Source of the DNA: Pristiophorus japonicus
Taxonomy: Eukaryota
Assembly (NCBI RefSeq): GCF_044704955.1
Contig: NC_091978.1
Coordinates: forward strand, 127,720,001-127,784,000
DNA length: 64,000 nucleotides
Reading direction: 5' to 3'
The first letter of the stretch is position 1, and every line of letters begins with the position of its first letter. Of this stretch, positions 13,101 to 26,176 are shown piece after piece. A program made the translations under genes and the position numbers. The notes under the pieces were generated by a model, which made no database searches, was not told where the DNA came from, and worked only from the letters and a program-made list of their open reading frames with translations.

Positions 13101-13994
13101 TAGGGTCCTGACTTTCCAGGTCCCGAACTTCATATTAAATGAGTGGAAGATGCCTGTGCGTGAGTTCTTTTAAAGTGGGGCGGTCGTTGCACATGGGCTT
13201 AGCTGAGCAAGGTTTTCGTCCAGTGGCAAGAGGGTCTGAGACGACTGGAGACCAGACACTGCTGTATGAGCCTAGTTGCCTACGGCGAGATGTTGGCCGC
13301 AGGCTCTGCGCTGAGTAGTGCACTTGATGGTAGGTGGCCTGCTGTGTGGTTGGGGGCAGGCGTCGAGGGGGTCAGCGGTCTCCTGGAGTTCAGGGTGGTC
13401 ACAGCCATGGTACTCGCCACGTGCTGGGGGAGAAGAGGCCAGGACATTAGCAGGGAAGGAGAGGCCCAGTCGTCGGCGAAGGGGAAGAAAGCCCGATCAC
13501 CGTTGAGGAGTTGAGGTCCAGCCGTCGTTGAGGGAGGAGGAGAGGCCAGCTGCCGGGGGCCCGGTCGTCGTCGGAGGCTCGCTGGACGTCGTCGCGGATC
13601 GGGTGGGGCAGCTGAGTCGATGTCGAAGGAGCAGATCGCCAGAGAAGGTTGCTGAAGAAGGGAAGAGGTCCAGATCCAGTTCACTGCTGCAGCAGGAGGC
13701 TCAGTCGTCGTTGGTGATCCAGTTGTCGTCGAAGAGTGGTGTGGGGTTTAGGAGGAAGATTCGTGCACGAGGTAGGCCCGAATTTATGGATTATAGGAAT
13801 AAGGGTTTAAGGGTAAAGTTTTAAGAGAATGTACCCCCTATGAGGGCCTAATAAGGTTAGGGAAAGTTTAGACCGTGGGAGGGGAGCTGGTTGAGTGTGA
13901 AGGTTGCCGGATGGCTCAAGATTCTAAGGTTAAGTTTAAGTTTGTTTTCTCGGGAGCTCCTCAGGGAGCTGCCACCCCAGCGGCCATCGTCCAC
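10163..13994 (-). mobile_element. Full-length decayed RTE-clade (BovB-like) LINE
   Basis: (GAT)n tail. ORF starts at ATG 13133 (MKFGTWKVRTL). APE motifs GDFNAR and WTDHRL, RT motifs NYRGISLL, QCGFR, YADD, FPYLGS, DQLRWAG. TSD CTAATA (10157-10162, 13995-14000). Many frameshifts and deletions. Confidence 0.9.
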
Positions 13995-14000
13995 CTAATA

Positions 14001-14215
14001 ATTCCCCTTTTGTCACACACTATAGTGATTTGGAGATATATTGTCATTTTTTTCGGACTGGGTCAATATCCTTGAATTCCTTGTCTAATATCGTGGGAGC
14101 ATCACACCACAAGGAATACAGCAGTTGAGGAAGAAGGGCCATACCTTCTAACCATGGCAAGTAGTGATGGGCAGTAAATGCAGCCTTGCCAGCAAAACCC
14201 CTATCCCAAAAACAT
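14001..14215 (+). mobile_element. Old LINE 3' end, right part
   Basis: Ends GATGGGCAGTAAATGCAGCCTTGCCAGC, the same tail as at ~32060-32100 and in the SINE at 58125-58420. Confidence 0.55.
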
Positions 14216-14409
14216 GTAATTAGAATATAAACATTGAAATGAGCATCAGGTCTCCGGAAGACAAATTATCTGCAAGAGAGATGTATTATGGGAGATGTAA
14301 TTTTCACTCTTTCTTTTCTGTGGAACTACAATACTCAATGCACGGAGTGGAGCAGCAGAAAAGAGATGTTTTATAAAGTCTTAAGCTATTGAATAAAAAT
14401 TCTGAACTA

Positions 14410-15295
14410 AAGGTGTTAAATGATTTGGACTCAGAAATTGGAGTTATGGTGTTGAAATTTGAAGATGATACCAAATTGGGAGTATAGCTAACAATGCGGA
14501 TTAAAATACAGGAAGATATAAACAGGTATGCAGAGTGGGTGGATAAATGGCAAATGAAATACAATATAGCGAAGAGTAAGGTAGCTCATTTTGGTAGCAG
14601 TATTAAGAAGGCCACTTATTCCTTGGATGGTACGAAACTAAATGGGTAGAGGAACTAAGAGATCTGGGAATATGGAATAAATTGCTAAAAGTAGCAACAG
14701 TAGTTGATTAGGCCATAAAGAGTGCAAATAAAGTACTGGGGTTAATTTATAGAGGAATAGAATACAAAAGCAGGGAGGTAATGTTAAATTTATATGGAAT
14801 CTTGTAGAGACCACAGTTGGAGTACTGTGTACAGTTCTGGGGTCTCTACTATAAAAACGATATTGTAGCACTATAGAAAGTGCAGCAAAGATTTCCAAGG
14901 ATGTTACCAGAATCAAGAAAGATTGAACCGCCTGGGACTCTTTTTTTTTCCTCTGGAAAAGAGAAGACTAAGAGGAGATCTGATGGAGATTTTTTTAATT
15001 ATGAAGGGGTTCAATACAGCGGATGTGGAGAAACTGTTTCCATTTGTTGGGGGGGGGGCATAAATATAAGATGGTCACTAACATGAAGTAAAGAATTTAG
15101 GAGGAATTTCTTTACACAGTCTGATATGAATATGGGACTTACAAAGTGGTTGAAGATAGCATTAATGCATTCAAGGAGTGGCATGATGCATACTTGAGGG
15201 AGAAGGGAATAGATACGGCAGCAGGGAAGGTAGTGAGAAGAGCCTCGTATGGAGTATAAAAACCAGCATAGTGCTGCAGATTCTACGTAATGTAA
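14410..15295 (+). mobile_element. Old degenerate CR1 3' fragment
   Basis: [26 protein letters not shown] remnants and an ATTCTACG-like tail. Confidence 0.75.
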
Positions 15296-16327
15296 GGTGT
15301 TTGGGATGAGTTTTTCTTTGAACTCGCTGAAGGGGGATTGCTGTTGCACCAAGGCTGAGGAAGAGTAGTAAATGCTTTGATGTTGAACTCTGATATTGCA
15401 GCCACAGTGGCTGCAAATGACTGAGTTCAAGGTGCTAATTGTTGAAAATTTGACACCGATGGGGAAAAATCCTGGTGCAGTATGCTATTGATTTAAAAAA
15501 AAATAATATATCTGCAATGGAAAATGCCATAACCTGTCTACAGTGTAGATTTCCCAGGAAGGAAATATAATTGAGACTTGAGATACTAGAACTAATTTTT
15601 CACTGGAATAGAGAAGGCTTAGATGAGATTTGAGGTTGTAAAAGTTACACAACACTTTTTTTATAGCCTGAATAAGGAAAGACTATTCCCTCTGGTAGGG
15701 GAGCCAATGATATGAGGTCATTAAATTAAGATCTGCACTGTGCGAGTAGAGAGGTTGGGAGAAATTTCTTCAGCAGATATTGTACAGCATGAAGTGTTTT
15801 GTCACACTGAGTAGTTGATGCAGAGACCATTGCATCTTTTAAGGGAAGAGTAAATAAACATTTGAAGTAGAGAATGATACAGGGCTACAGGAAGAGTAGC
15901 ATAGTGAGATTGGCTTTGAATTGCTTTAGCAAAGAGCTGGCATAGACACATTAGACCAAATGGCCTAGTATTTATAATCTCAATGATTCTAAGAGGGTGA
16001 AACATTTTTTTTAGTAATGTATCTGAAAGAATAGGGCTGTAAAAAGGACTTTGAATCAATAAAGAGGGGGAAGGCTCAGGCTAAAATAATAATTAAAATA
16101 AGAAAAAGGGATGAGACCCAGATCATAAACAGTGTTAAAGAAACTCTAAATATTTCAGATTTAGAAAGAATATAGGAAAAATAACGGTGATGAAAAACAA
16201 GAAGTGTGGTAGGTTAAGAAGCGTGAGAAAAACAGCATCAGAATAGGGTCTGTTGTCCAAATACACATGCAAGTAGCATAAGGAATAAAACTAGCAAATT
16301 AGTAGCACAAATTCAGCTTAAAGGATA

Positions 16328-16577
16328 CGGGTACAATGTTCGGAATCCTCGGGACCAAGTCCATTCTGATTTGGGGTTTTTTCCGGATTTCAGACAAGAA
16401 AATCAATAGTCTGAAATCCGGAATCCTCGACTGAATCCGTGCCGGATTTCGGGTTTTGCCTCAAAGATGTCTGGTTTTCGGACAATAATTCCAGATGACT
16501 CCGTCAACTCTGCGCAGAATGTCCGGTTTTTGGACAATTCCAGTTTTTGGAGTTCCGGATTCGGGATGTTGCACCTG
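16328..16577. mobile_element. Tc1/mariner (Tigger/pogo-like) MITE, old
   Basis: TA on both sides, imperfect TIRs CGGGTACAATGTTCGGAATCC / GGATTCGGGATGTTGCACCTG, internal TCCGG-rich palindromic repeats. Confidence 0.6.
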
Positions 16578-16778
16578 TAGGACAGGGTATGAGATCTTGG
16601 TACAAGCTGGGCATGACTGGAAATCATTATTTAAGGTTATACGGTCATTAGAAAGGACAGGTAAATTGGAAAACGCAGAGTAGCAATATTGATACAAGAC
16701 ACTATTGCAGCAATAGAAAGGGGATATCAGTAAGGATGAGCAGGCAGTAGAAACTCTCTGGGTAGAATTAAGCAATAG

Positions 16779-16943
16779 AACAAGGTGCCATAACCATAAA
16801 ATTAGGGTTAGGCTGTTCAGGGGTGATGTCAGGAAGTGGTTCTTCACAAAGTATTCTCTCTTCCCCAAAAAACTGTTGAGGCTAGATCAATTGAAAATTT
16901 CAAAACAGAGATTGATAGATTTTTGTTAGGTAAAGGTATTAAG
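16779..16943 (+). mobile_element. Old CR1 3' fragment, left half (resumes at 26465-26582)
   Basis: Collinear with 1555-1730. The remainder is found after the Penelope insertion. Confidence 0.65.
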
Positions 16944-17537
16944 TGAAACAAAAGCAAAATACTGCGGATGCTGGAAATCGGAAATAAAAACAGCAGATTC
17001 TGGAAATACTCAGCAGGTCAGGCAGGCTGGAAAAAGTTAGAGATATAACTGGTTTTAAGCAAGTGCAGGGGCAGTGAAAGCGGGGAGGGGAGGAAAGAAC
17101 AAAAGGGAAGGTCTGTGATAGGACGGAAGGCAGGAGTGATTAAATAACAAACGGTACGATAGTACAAAGCAAAAGGAGATGGTAATGGGGCAAGTAAAGA
17201 AACAAGATGAGTCAAGAAGAGGTGTAAATGGGAGTGGGAGAATCATCAACAGCTGCCATGTTAGAGGATTACATAGAATGCACGGCACAGAAACAGGCCA
17301 TTGAGCCCAACCCGTCCATGTCGGCATTTTATGCTCCTCTTGAGCCTCCTCCTGTCTTTAACTATCAGCATAACCCTCTATTCCCTTCTCCCCCATATGC
17401 CTATCCAGCCTCCTCTTAAATGCATCTATACTATTTGCCTCAACTACTCTCTTTGGTAGCGAGTTCCACATTCTCACCACCCTCTGGGTAAAGAAATTCC
17501 TTTTGAATTTCCTATTTGATTTCTTGGTGCCTATCTT

Positions 17538-20500
17538 ATTTAGGGAGCTAGGAGTTAAATTAAAAAGTAGGACCTCAAAGGTAATAATTTCAGGATTGCT
17601 ACCAGTGCCACGTGCTCGTCAGAGTAGGAATTGTAGGATAGCTCTGATAAATACGTGGCTTGAGGAGTGGTGCAGAAGGGAGGGATTCAAATTTCTGGGA
17701 CATTGGAACCGGTTCTGGGGGAGGTGGGACCAGTACAAACTGGACGGTCTGCACCTGGGCAGGACCGGAACCAATGTCCTAGGAGGAGTGTTTGCTAGTG
17801 CTGTTGGGGAGGGGTTAAACTCATATGGCAGGGGAATGGGAACCTATGCAGGGACACAGAGCGAAGTAGAATGGAGGCAGAAGCAAAAGATAGAAAGAAG
17901 AAAAGTAAAAGTGGAGGTCAGAGAAACCCACGACAAAAATCAAAAAGGGCCACATTGCAGCCAAATTCTAAAGGGGCAAAGTGTGTTTAAAAAGACAAGC
18001 CTGAAGGCTCTGCCTCAATGCGAGGCGTATTCGTAATAAGGTGGACGAATTAACTGCGCAGGCAGCAATTAACGAATATGATATAATTGGCATCACGGAG
18101 ACATGGCTCCAGGGTGACCAAGGCTGGGAGCTCAACATCGAGGGGTATTCAACATTCAAGAAGGATCGACAAAGGAAAAGGAGGTGGGGTAGCGTTGCTA
18201 GTTAAAGAGGAAATTAATGCAATAGTAAGGAAGGACATTAGCTTGGATGATGTGGAGCTGCGGAATACCAAAGGGCAGAAAACGATAGTGGGAGTTGTGT
18301 ACAGACCACCAGTAGTAGTGAGATTGGGGACAGCATGAAACAAGAAATTAGGGATGCGTGCAATAAAGCTACAGCAGTTATCATGGGCGATTTTAATCTA
18401 TATATAGATTGGGCTAACCAAACTGGTAGCATTACAATGGAGGAGGATTCCTGGAGTGCATGAGGGATGGTTTTCTAGACCAATATGTCGAGGAACCAAC
18501 TAGAGGGCTGGCCATCCTAGACTGGGTGATGTGTAATGAGAAAGGACTAATTAGCAATTGTGTTGTGTGAGGCCCCTTGGGGAAGAGTGACCAAAATATG
18601 GTAGAATTCCTTATTAAGATGGAGAGTGACACAGTTAATTCAGAGACTCAGGTCCTGAACTTAAGGAAAAGTAACTTCGAAGGTATGAGACGTGAATTGG
18701 CTAGAACAGACTGGCGAATGATACTTAAAGAGTTGGCGGTAGATAGGTAATGGCAAACATTTAAAGATCACGTGGATGAACTTCAACAATTGTACATCCC
18801 TGTCTGGAGTAAAAGTAAAACTGGGAAGGTGGCTCAACCGTAGCTAACAAGGGAAATTAAGGATAGTGTTAAATCCAAGGAAGAGGCATATAAATTGGCC
18901 AGAAAAAGCAGCAAAGCTGAGGACTGGGAGAAATTTAGAATTCAGCAGGGGAGGACAAAGGGTTTAATTAAGAGGGGGAAAATAGAGTATGAGAGGAAGC
19001 TTACTGGGAATGTAAAAACTGACTGCAAAATCTTCTTTGGATATGTGAAGAGAAAAAGATTAGTGAAAACAAACGTAGGTCCCTTGCAATCAGATTCAGG
19101 TGAATTTATAATGGGAACAAAGAAATGGCAGACCAGTTGAACAAATACTTTAGTTCTGTCTTCACGAAGGAAGACACAAATAACCTTCCGGAAATACTAG
19201 GGGCCGAGGGTCTAGTGAGAAGGAGGAACTGGAATCCTTGCTAGCGGGAAATTGTGTTGGGGAAATTGATGGGATTGAAGGCTGATAAATCCCCGGGCCC
19301 TGATAGTCTGCATCCCAGAGTACTTAAGGAAGTGGCCCTAGAAATAGTGGATGCATTGGTGATCATTTTCCAACAGTCTATCGACTCTTGATCAGTTCCT
19401 ATGGGCTGGAGGGTAGCTAATGTAACACCACTTTTTAAAAAAGGAGGGAGAGAGAAAACGGGTAATTATAGACTGATTAGCCTGACATCAATAGTGGGAA
19501 AAATGTTGGATTCAATTATTAAAGATTGAAATAGCAGCGCATTTGGAAAGCAGTGACAGGATCGGTCCAAGTTAGCATGGATTTATGAAAGGGAAATCAT
19601 GCTTGACACATTTTCTAGAATTTTTTTGAGGATGTAACTAGTAGCGTGGACAAGGGAGAACCAGTGGATGTGGTGTATTTGGACTTTCAAAAGGCTTTTG
19701 ATAAGGTCCCACACAAGAGATTGGTGTGCAAAATTAAAGCACATGGTATTGGGGGTACTGTACTGACGTGGATAGAGAACTATTTGGCAGACAGGAGTCG
19801 GGATAAATGGGTCCTTTTCAGAATGGCAGGCAGTGACTAGCGGGGTGCCGCAGGGCTCAGTGCTGGCACCCCAGCTATTTACAATATACATTAATGATTT
19901 AGATGAAGGAATTGAGTGTAATATCTCCAAGTTTGCAGATGACACTAAGCTGGGTGGCGGTGTGAGCTGTGAGGAGGACGCTAAACGGTTGCAGGGTGAC
20001 TTGGACAGGTTAGGTGAGTGGGCAAATGCATGGCAGATGCAATATAATGTGGATAAATGTGAGGTTATCCACTTTGGTGGCAAAATCACGAAGGCAGAAT
20101 ATTAACTGAATGGTGGCAGATTAGGAAAAGGGGAGGTGCAACGAGACCTGGGTGCCATGGTACATCAGTCATTGAAAGTTGGCATGCAAGTACAAGCAGG
20201 CGGTGAAGAAGGCAAATGGTATGTTGGCCTTCATAGCTAGAGGATTTGACTATAGGAGCAGGGAGGTCTTACTGCAGTTGTACAGGGCCTTGGTGAGGCC
20301 TCACCTGGAATATTGTTTTCCGTTTTGGTCCCCTAATCTGACGAAGGACATTCTTGCTTTGAGGGAGTGCAGCAAAGGTTCACCAGATTGATTCCCGGGA
20401 TGACAGGACTGACATATGAGGAAAGACTGGATCGTCTGGGCCTGTATTCCCTGGAGTTTAGAAGGATAGGGGATCTCATAGAAACACACAAAATTCTGAC

Positions 20501-20857
20501 GGGACTGGACAAGTTAGAAGCAGGAAGAATGTTCCCGATGTTGGGGAAGTCCAGAACCAGGGACACAGTCTAAGGATAAGGGGTAAGCCATTTAGGACTG
20601 AGATGAGGAGAAACTTCTTCACTCAAAGTTGTGAACCTGTAGAATTCTCTACCGCAGAGAGTTGTTGATGCCAGTTCATTGGATATATTCAAGAAGAAGT
20701 TAGATGTGGCCCTTACGGCTAAAGGGATCAAGGGGTATGGAGAGAAAGCAGTAAAGGGGTACTGAGGTGAATGATCAGCCATGATATTGAATGGTGGTGC
20801 AGGCTCGAAGGGCCGAATGGCCTGCTCCTGCACCTATTTTCTATGTTTCTATGTTAT
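17538..20857 (+). mobile_element. CR1 LINE (TTCTATGT tail) with ORF1 esterase C-terminus and disrupted ORF2
   Basis: KSRTSKVIISGLLPVP...DGLHL esterase, LNARRIRN APE start, RT motifs, tail. Host CR1 sequence is continuous across the insertion (cttat|attgatgg). Confidence 0.93.
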
Positions 20858-22976
20858 ATTGATGGCTTCTAGTTATGCTCTTCTCCACAAGTAGAAACAT
20901 TCTCTCTGTATATACTCTCAAAACATTTCATATTTTTAAAGACCTCTGTTGGATCACTCCTCAATCTTCTCTTTTCAAGAGAAAAGAAACCCAGCCTGTT
21001 CATCCTTTCCTGATTATGTATACCCTCGCATTTCTGGTATCATCCTTGTAAATCTTCTCTGAGCCCTATTCAATGCCTCTATCCTTTTTGTAATTTGGCA
21101 ACCAGAATTATATGCAGTACTGCAAGTGTGGTCTAACGAAGGTTCGATACAAGTTCAGCATAACTTCACTACTTTTCAATTTTGTCCCACTAGTAATAAA
21201 CCCTAGTGCTTGGTTTGATTTTTTTTTTTATGGCCTTGTTAATCTGTGTTGCTATTTTTTTTAGAGATTTGTATATTGGTACTGCGAGATCTCTTTGCTC
21301 CTCTACCCCACCCAGACTCGCGCACTCCCAGTAATAAGTGACCTCCCTATTCTTCCTACCAAAATGTAATGCCGAATTAAATTCATTTACAAGTTTATTA
21401 ATGTCCTCTTGTAATTTGTTGCAGTCCCCCTTAGTATTAACTATCTCCCCCCTGCAATTTGGTGTCATCTGCAAATTTAGAAATTGTTTTTGATTCCAAA
21501 GTCTAAATCGTTAATATAAATTGTGAACAACAGTGGTCCCAGCACTGATCCTTATGGAACACCACTTCCCTCCTTCTGTCACTGAATAGTTACCTTTTCC
21601 CCCTATTCTCTGCTTTCTGCCTTGAAACAAACTAGCTATCCATTCTGCTACTTGTTGCCTGAATCTGCATTCTCTGACCTTATTCATTAGTCTATTACGT
21701 GGTACCTTATCGAAGGTCTTTTGAAAATCGAGATAAATTACATCTACTGCATTACCCTTGTCTATTCTCTCTCTCTTACCTCCTCAAAAAATTCAGTGAG
21801 GTTGGTCAAGCAAGACTTTTTTTTTTGAAATCCATGCTGACTATTCATTATTATATTTTTGGTTTCTAGGTTTAGTAGGGATTCCATTATTTTTCCTACC
21901 ATCGATGTTAAGCTGATTGGTCTATAGTTCCCTGGATGTGTTCTATCTCCCTTCTTCAATATGATTGTTATGTTAGCTATCCGCCAATTCTCTGGCACTA
22001 AATCTTTTTTAAATTAATTCTTAAATATATGTAATAATGCCTCTGCTAGCTCTTCCCTAGATTATTTTAAAAGGAGTGTTTTTTTTTCCTGAGTTTGATT
22101 AGTTTATTTAATATATCCTCTTTAGTTTAAATGCATTTATTTCATTACTAATCTCATGTCCACCTGTTCTGTCTCCCTGGTAAATACTGAAGCAAAGTAA
22201 TTATTTAATATTTCTACCATCTCTCTATCTCTGCCTGTGGTATCCTATCCATCCCTTAGCTGCCCTATTCCCATCCTGACCTTTTTTTTAATTGATATGC
22301 CTGTAAAATATTTTACTATTTTGTTTTATGTTCCTTGTTGATTTAATATCATCGTTCCGCTTTGCTTTCCTAATTGTTTTTGACTTCTATCCTGATCGTT
22401 TCATATTCTCCATTATTATGCTCTCCCCTGCTATCCATGTACTTAATGTATGCCTCTTTCCCAACCCTCAATTTTCCCATATGGCTTTATTCATTCAGTG
22501 TCCCATTAGTGTTTAGTTTTTTTTAGCAGAATATATTTTTCCTGGACTTTTGAACACCATTTTAAATGTTTCCCATTGCTGGTCTACATCATTGTTTGCC
22601 ACCATTGTTGTCCATTTTGTTTTCCCAAGTTCTATTCTCAGTCCCTCAAAATCAGCTTTTGTCCAATCTATTACACTGGTCTTCATCATACTTGTGTCCT
22701 TTTCAATTATTATCTTAAAGCACATTATATTATGGTCACTATTGCCTAGATGTTCCCCTACTTTTACTTCTGCTCTGGTTCTTTCCCCATTATTAGGTCC
22801 AATAGTGAATCCTCCTTTGGGCTTTTTACATTTTGGGTTAGAAAGGAATCCTGTACGCATTGTAGGAACTCCATTTCCTCATCCGCTTTAGCTACCTCTT
22901 CTGTCCAATTATTATTGGAGTAGTTGAAATTCCCCCATGCTTAATAATCTATGTTTTGTACTCCTTTCCCTAATTT

Positions 22977-23128
22977 ACATAAGAACATAAGAAATAGGAA
23001 CAGGAGTAGGCCATATGGCCCCTCGAGCCTGCTCCGCCATTCAGTAAGATCATGGCTGATCTGATCATGGACTCGGCTCCACTTCCCCGCCGGCTCCCCA
23101 TAACCCCTTATCCCCTTATCGTTTAAGA
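22977..23128 (-). mobile_element. CR1 3' UTR-only insertion
   Basis: ACATAAGAACATAAGAAA tail and 3' UTR hairpin, inside the old CR1 endonuclease region. Confidence 0.85.
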
Positions 23129-23644
23129 ATTTGTTTGCATATTTCTTCCTTCATCTTTCTTCCACTATTAGGTGGTCTGTAGACTACACCTGTTAGTGTG
23201 ATTGATCCTTTATTATCTTTTATCTCTATCCACATGGGTGCTGTTTCTGTCTTGCTGATAGCTGTGTCACTTTTTTCTACTGCCATTATGTTATCCATCA
23301 TAAGTATAGCTACTCCTGCTCCCCTTTTCCTTATCCCACCTTTTCTAGATATGTTATACCCAGCAATGGTTAATTCCCAGCCCTGATTTTTCTGTAGCCA
23401 TGTCTCCGCAATTCCTACTATGTCCAACTCCTTGCAATGCACGATTGCCTCCAGCTCTCCTATTTTATCACAGACACTATGCATTGCTGTAGACAGTTTA
23501 ACTAATTTTTAATAGCCGTTCCTTTCTCTTTATTTTAACCCATCTTTTTACTCTATTTATTCCATGACCATCAGTGTCTATCCTTACTTTTTTCTTTCCT
23601 GCTATGTATATATTTAGGCTGATTTAATTTCTTATAGATACCTT

Positions 23645-23671
23645 CCCCCCCCCCCCCCCCCCCCCCCCCCC
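23645..23671. repeat. Poly-C run (27 nt)
   Basis: Direct reading. Confidence 0.95.
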
Positions 23672-25599
23672 ATCTTACGAGTTTTAAAACCTTTGCCACC
23701 TCCCTATTTCCCCTTTCCACTCGGACTCTGCTCCCATCCCGGTTCAGGTGGAGTCCGTCCCATCGGTACAGCTCCTTCCTGGCCCAGTACTGGTGCTAGT
23801 GTCCCATGAAAAGGAACCCCTCTTTCCTACACCAGCCCTTTAACCACGTGTCAATTGTCCTGATCTGATTGTTTCTATGCCAGATTGCGTGTGGCTCGGG
23901 CAATAATCCAGAAATTATTACCCTCGAGGTCCTGCTTTTTAATTTAGCTCCTAACTCCTGATGCTCCTTTAGCAGGACCACCTCCCTGTTGCTACTTATG
24001 TCATTTGTTTCACCATGAACCACGACAACTGGATTTATCCCCTCCCTTTTCAAATTCCTCTCCAGCCGCCTTACGATATCTCTTACCCTGGCGTCAGGTA
24101 GGCAATCCACTCTTGGGGATTCTCATTCTTGGCTGCAGAGGACACTATCTAATTATCAAATCCCTTATCACTACCACATTTCTATTCTGCTCTCCTCCTC
24201 CCCGCACCCCCCAACCCCCGCCCCCAGACAGCCTTCTGAACCTTGGTGCCTTGGTCTACAATGTGGCAGTCCTCCCCACAGACTTTCTCCTTGACTTCAT
24301 AGCTAGCGAGTATGTCATACCTGTTGGTGTCCTATGTGGAAAAAATAGGGGCAGAGATTATGGTCCGAAATTGTTAAACTCTGTGTTGAGTCCAGAGGGC
24401 TGTAAAATGCTTAATCGAAAGAGGGGTTGCTGTTCCTCGAGCTTACGATGAATTTTGTTGGAACAGTGTAACAGGCAGAGGACAGAGGTCAGAGTGGGAG
24501 TGGAGCGGAGAATTAAAGTGACAGGTGACCGGAAGCTCGGGGTAATGCTTATGGACCGAACGTCAGTGTTCTGCAAAGCGGTCACCCAGTCTGCATTTGG
24601 TCTCCCCAATGTAGAGGAGACTGCATCGTGACCAGCAAATACAGTATTCTAAATTGCAAGAAGTACAAGTAAATCGCTGTTTCACCTGGAAGGAGTGTTT
24701 GGGACCTTGGATGGTGGGAAGGGAGGAGGTAAAAGGGCAGGTGTTGCATCTCCTGCGTTTGCACGGGGAGGGGTATTGGGGGTGATTGAGGAGTGGACCA
24801 GGGTGTCGCGGAGGGAGCGGTTACTTTGGAATGCTGAAGGGGGGGGGGGAGGGGAGGGAACGAGGTGTTTGGTGGTGGGATCACATGGAGGCGGTGGAGA
24901 CTGATCCATTGAAAGTGGAGGCTGGAGGGGTGAGAGGTGAGGACGAGCGGAACGTTATCGTGGTTCTGGGAGGGAGGGGAAGGGGTGAGAGTAGAATTGC
25001 GGGAAATGGAACGGACACGGTTGAGGACCGTGTCAACCACGGTAGAGGGGAATTCTCAGTTGAGGAAAAAGGAAAACGTACCAGAAGCACTGGTATGGAA
25101 GGTGGCATCGTCATAACAGATGCGACGGAGACTGAGAAACTGGGATAATGGAAGAGTCCTTGCAGGTAGCTGGGTGGGAGGAAGTGTAGTTTAGGTAGCT
25201 GTGGGAGGCAGTGGGCTTGTAGTGGATGGTTGTCGATGGCCTATCTCAGAATTGGAGACACAGAAGTCGAGGAAGAGAAGAGAAGAGTCAGAGATGGACC
25301 ATGTGAAGGTGCTGCTAGACTCGCTGCAACAACCGACTTACTGATCTGACCCCTGGAATTTTTCCTGGTGATTGAGTATCATATCACACTGGGCATCCTT
25401 GCTCCCAATTCCCGGGATTATTTTCTTCAGTTTCTCCTCCGCGGTTACAGTGAAAAGTCTCCGATTCTCCATGCCGCTGACCCCTAATGCCGCGGTTTTT
25501 GCCGGTTTTTTTTTAACCAGTTTTCTCATCGCCTAACGCCGATGGATTGGAGAGACCCGGTGGTGACCTGGCCGCCGGCATCTCTACTCCAGCACCTAT

Positions 25600-26176
25600 C
25601 CCAGTACAATAGGCACCTCAAAGCACTGGAGAAGTATCACCAATATTGCCTCTGCAAAATCCTGCAAATCCACTGGCAGGATAGGCGCACCAACATCAGT
25701 GTTCTCTCTCAGGCCAACATCCCCAGCATCGAAGCATTGGCCACGCTCGATCAGCTTCGATGGATGAGCCACATTGTCCGCATGCCCAATGCTAAACTCC
25801 GAAACAAGCACTCTAGTCAGAGCTCCAAGTCCCAGGAGGATAGAGAAAACGCTTCAAGGACACCCTCAAAGCCTCCTTGAAAAAATGTAACATCACCACC
25901 GATTCTTGGAATCCCTGAACCAAGACTGCTCAAAGTGGCGGAGACTCATCCCAGAAGGCGCCGAACACTTCGAGTCTCCTTTTCGGGAGCATGCGGAAGT
26001 CGAGCACAAACAGCGGAAGGAGTGACAAACCAAGCACCCCACCCACCCGTCCCTTCAACCACCACCTGCCCCACTTGTGGCAGATCCTGCATTGGTCTCA
26101 TCAGTCACCTTAGAACTCATATTAGTGTGGAAGCAAGTCACCTTGTGGGATCTGGGGGACTGCCTAAGAGGAAGAT
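25600..26176 (+). mobile_element. RTE LINE 3' fragment inside the Penelope element
   Basis: LEKYHQYCLCKILQIHWQDRRTN...DQLRWMSHIVRM, C-terminal CPTCGRSCIGLISHLRTH zinc motif, GTGGAAGCAAGTCA 3' end. Confidence 0.85.

Larger units (their letters stand above)
17261..24336 (-). mobile_element. Old near-full-length CR1 (ORF1 esterase + ORF2) inside the Penelope element, itself interrupted
   Basis: ATTCTATG tail at ~17270-17280, RT remnants 20860-22000, APE remnants (ETWL 23116-23484, SDHN 22513-22860), SGNH esterase CLPDARVRD...VVVHGETND...LFMGH at 23796-24110. Confidence 0.82.

Noticed and set aside
23645-23671. Poly-C/G tract as a functional G-quadruplex element
   Set aside because: Homopolymer expansion in a dead LINE spacer. 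Its length is unreliable and nothing supports function.
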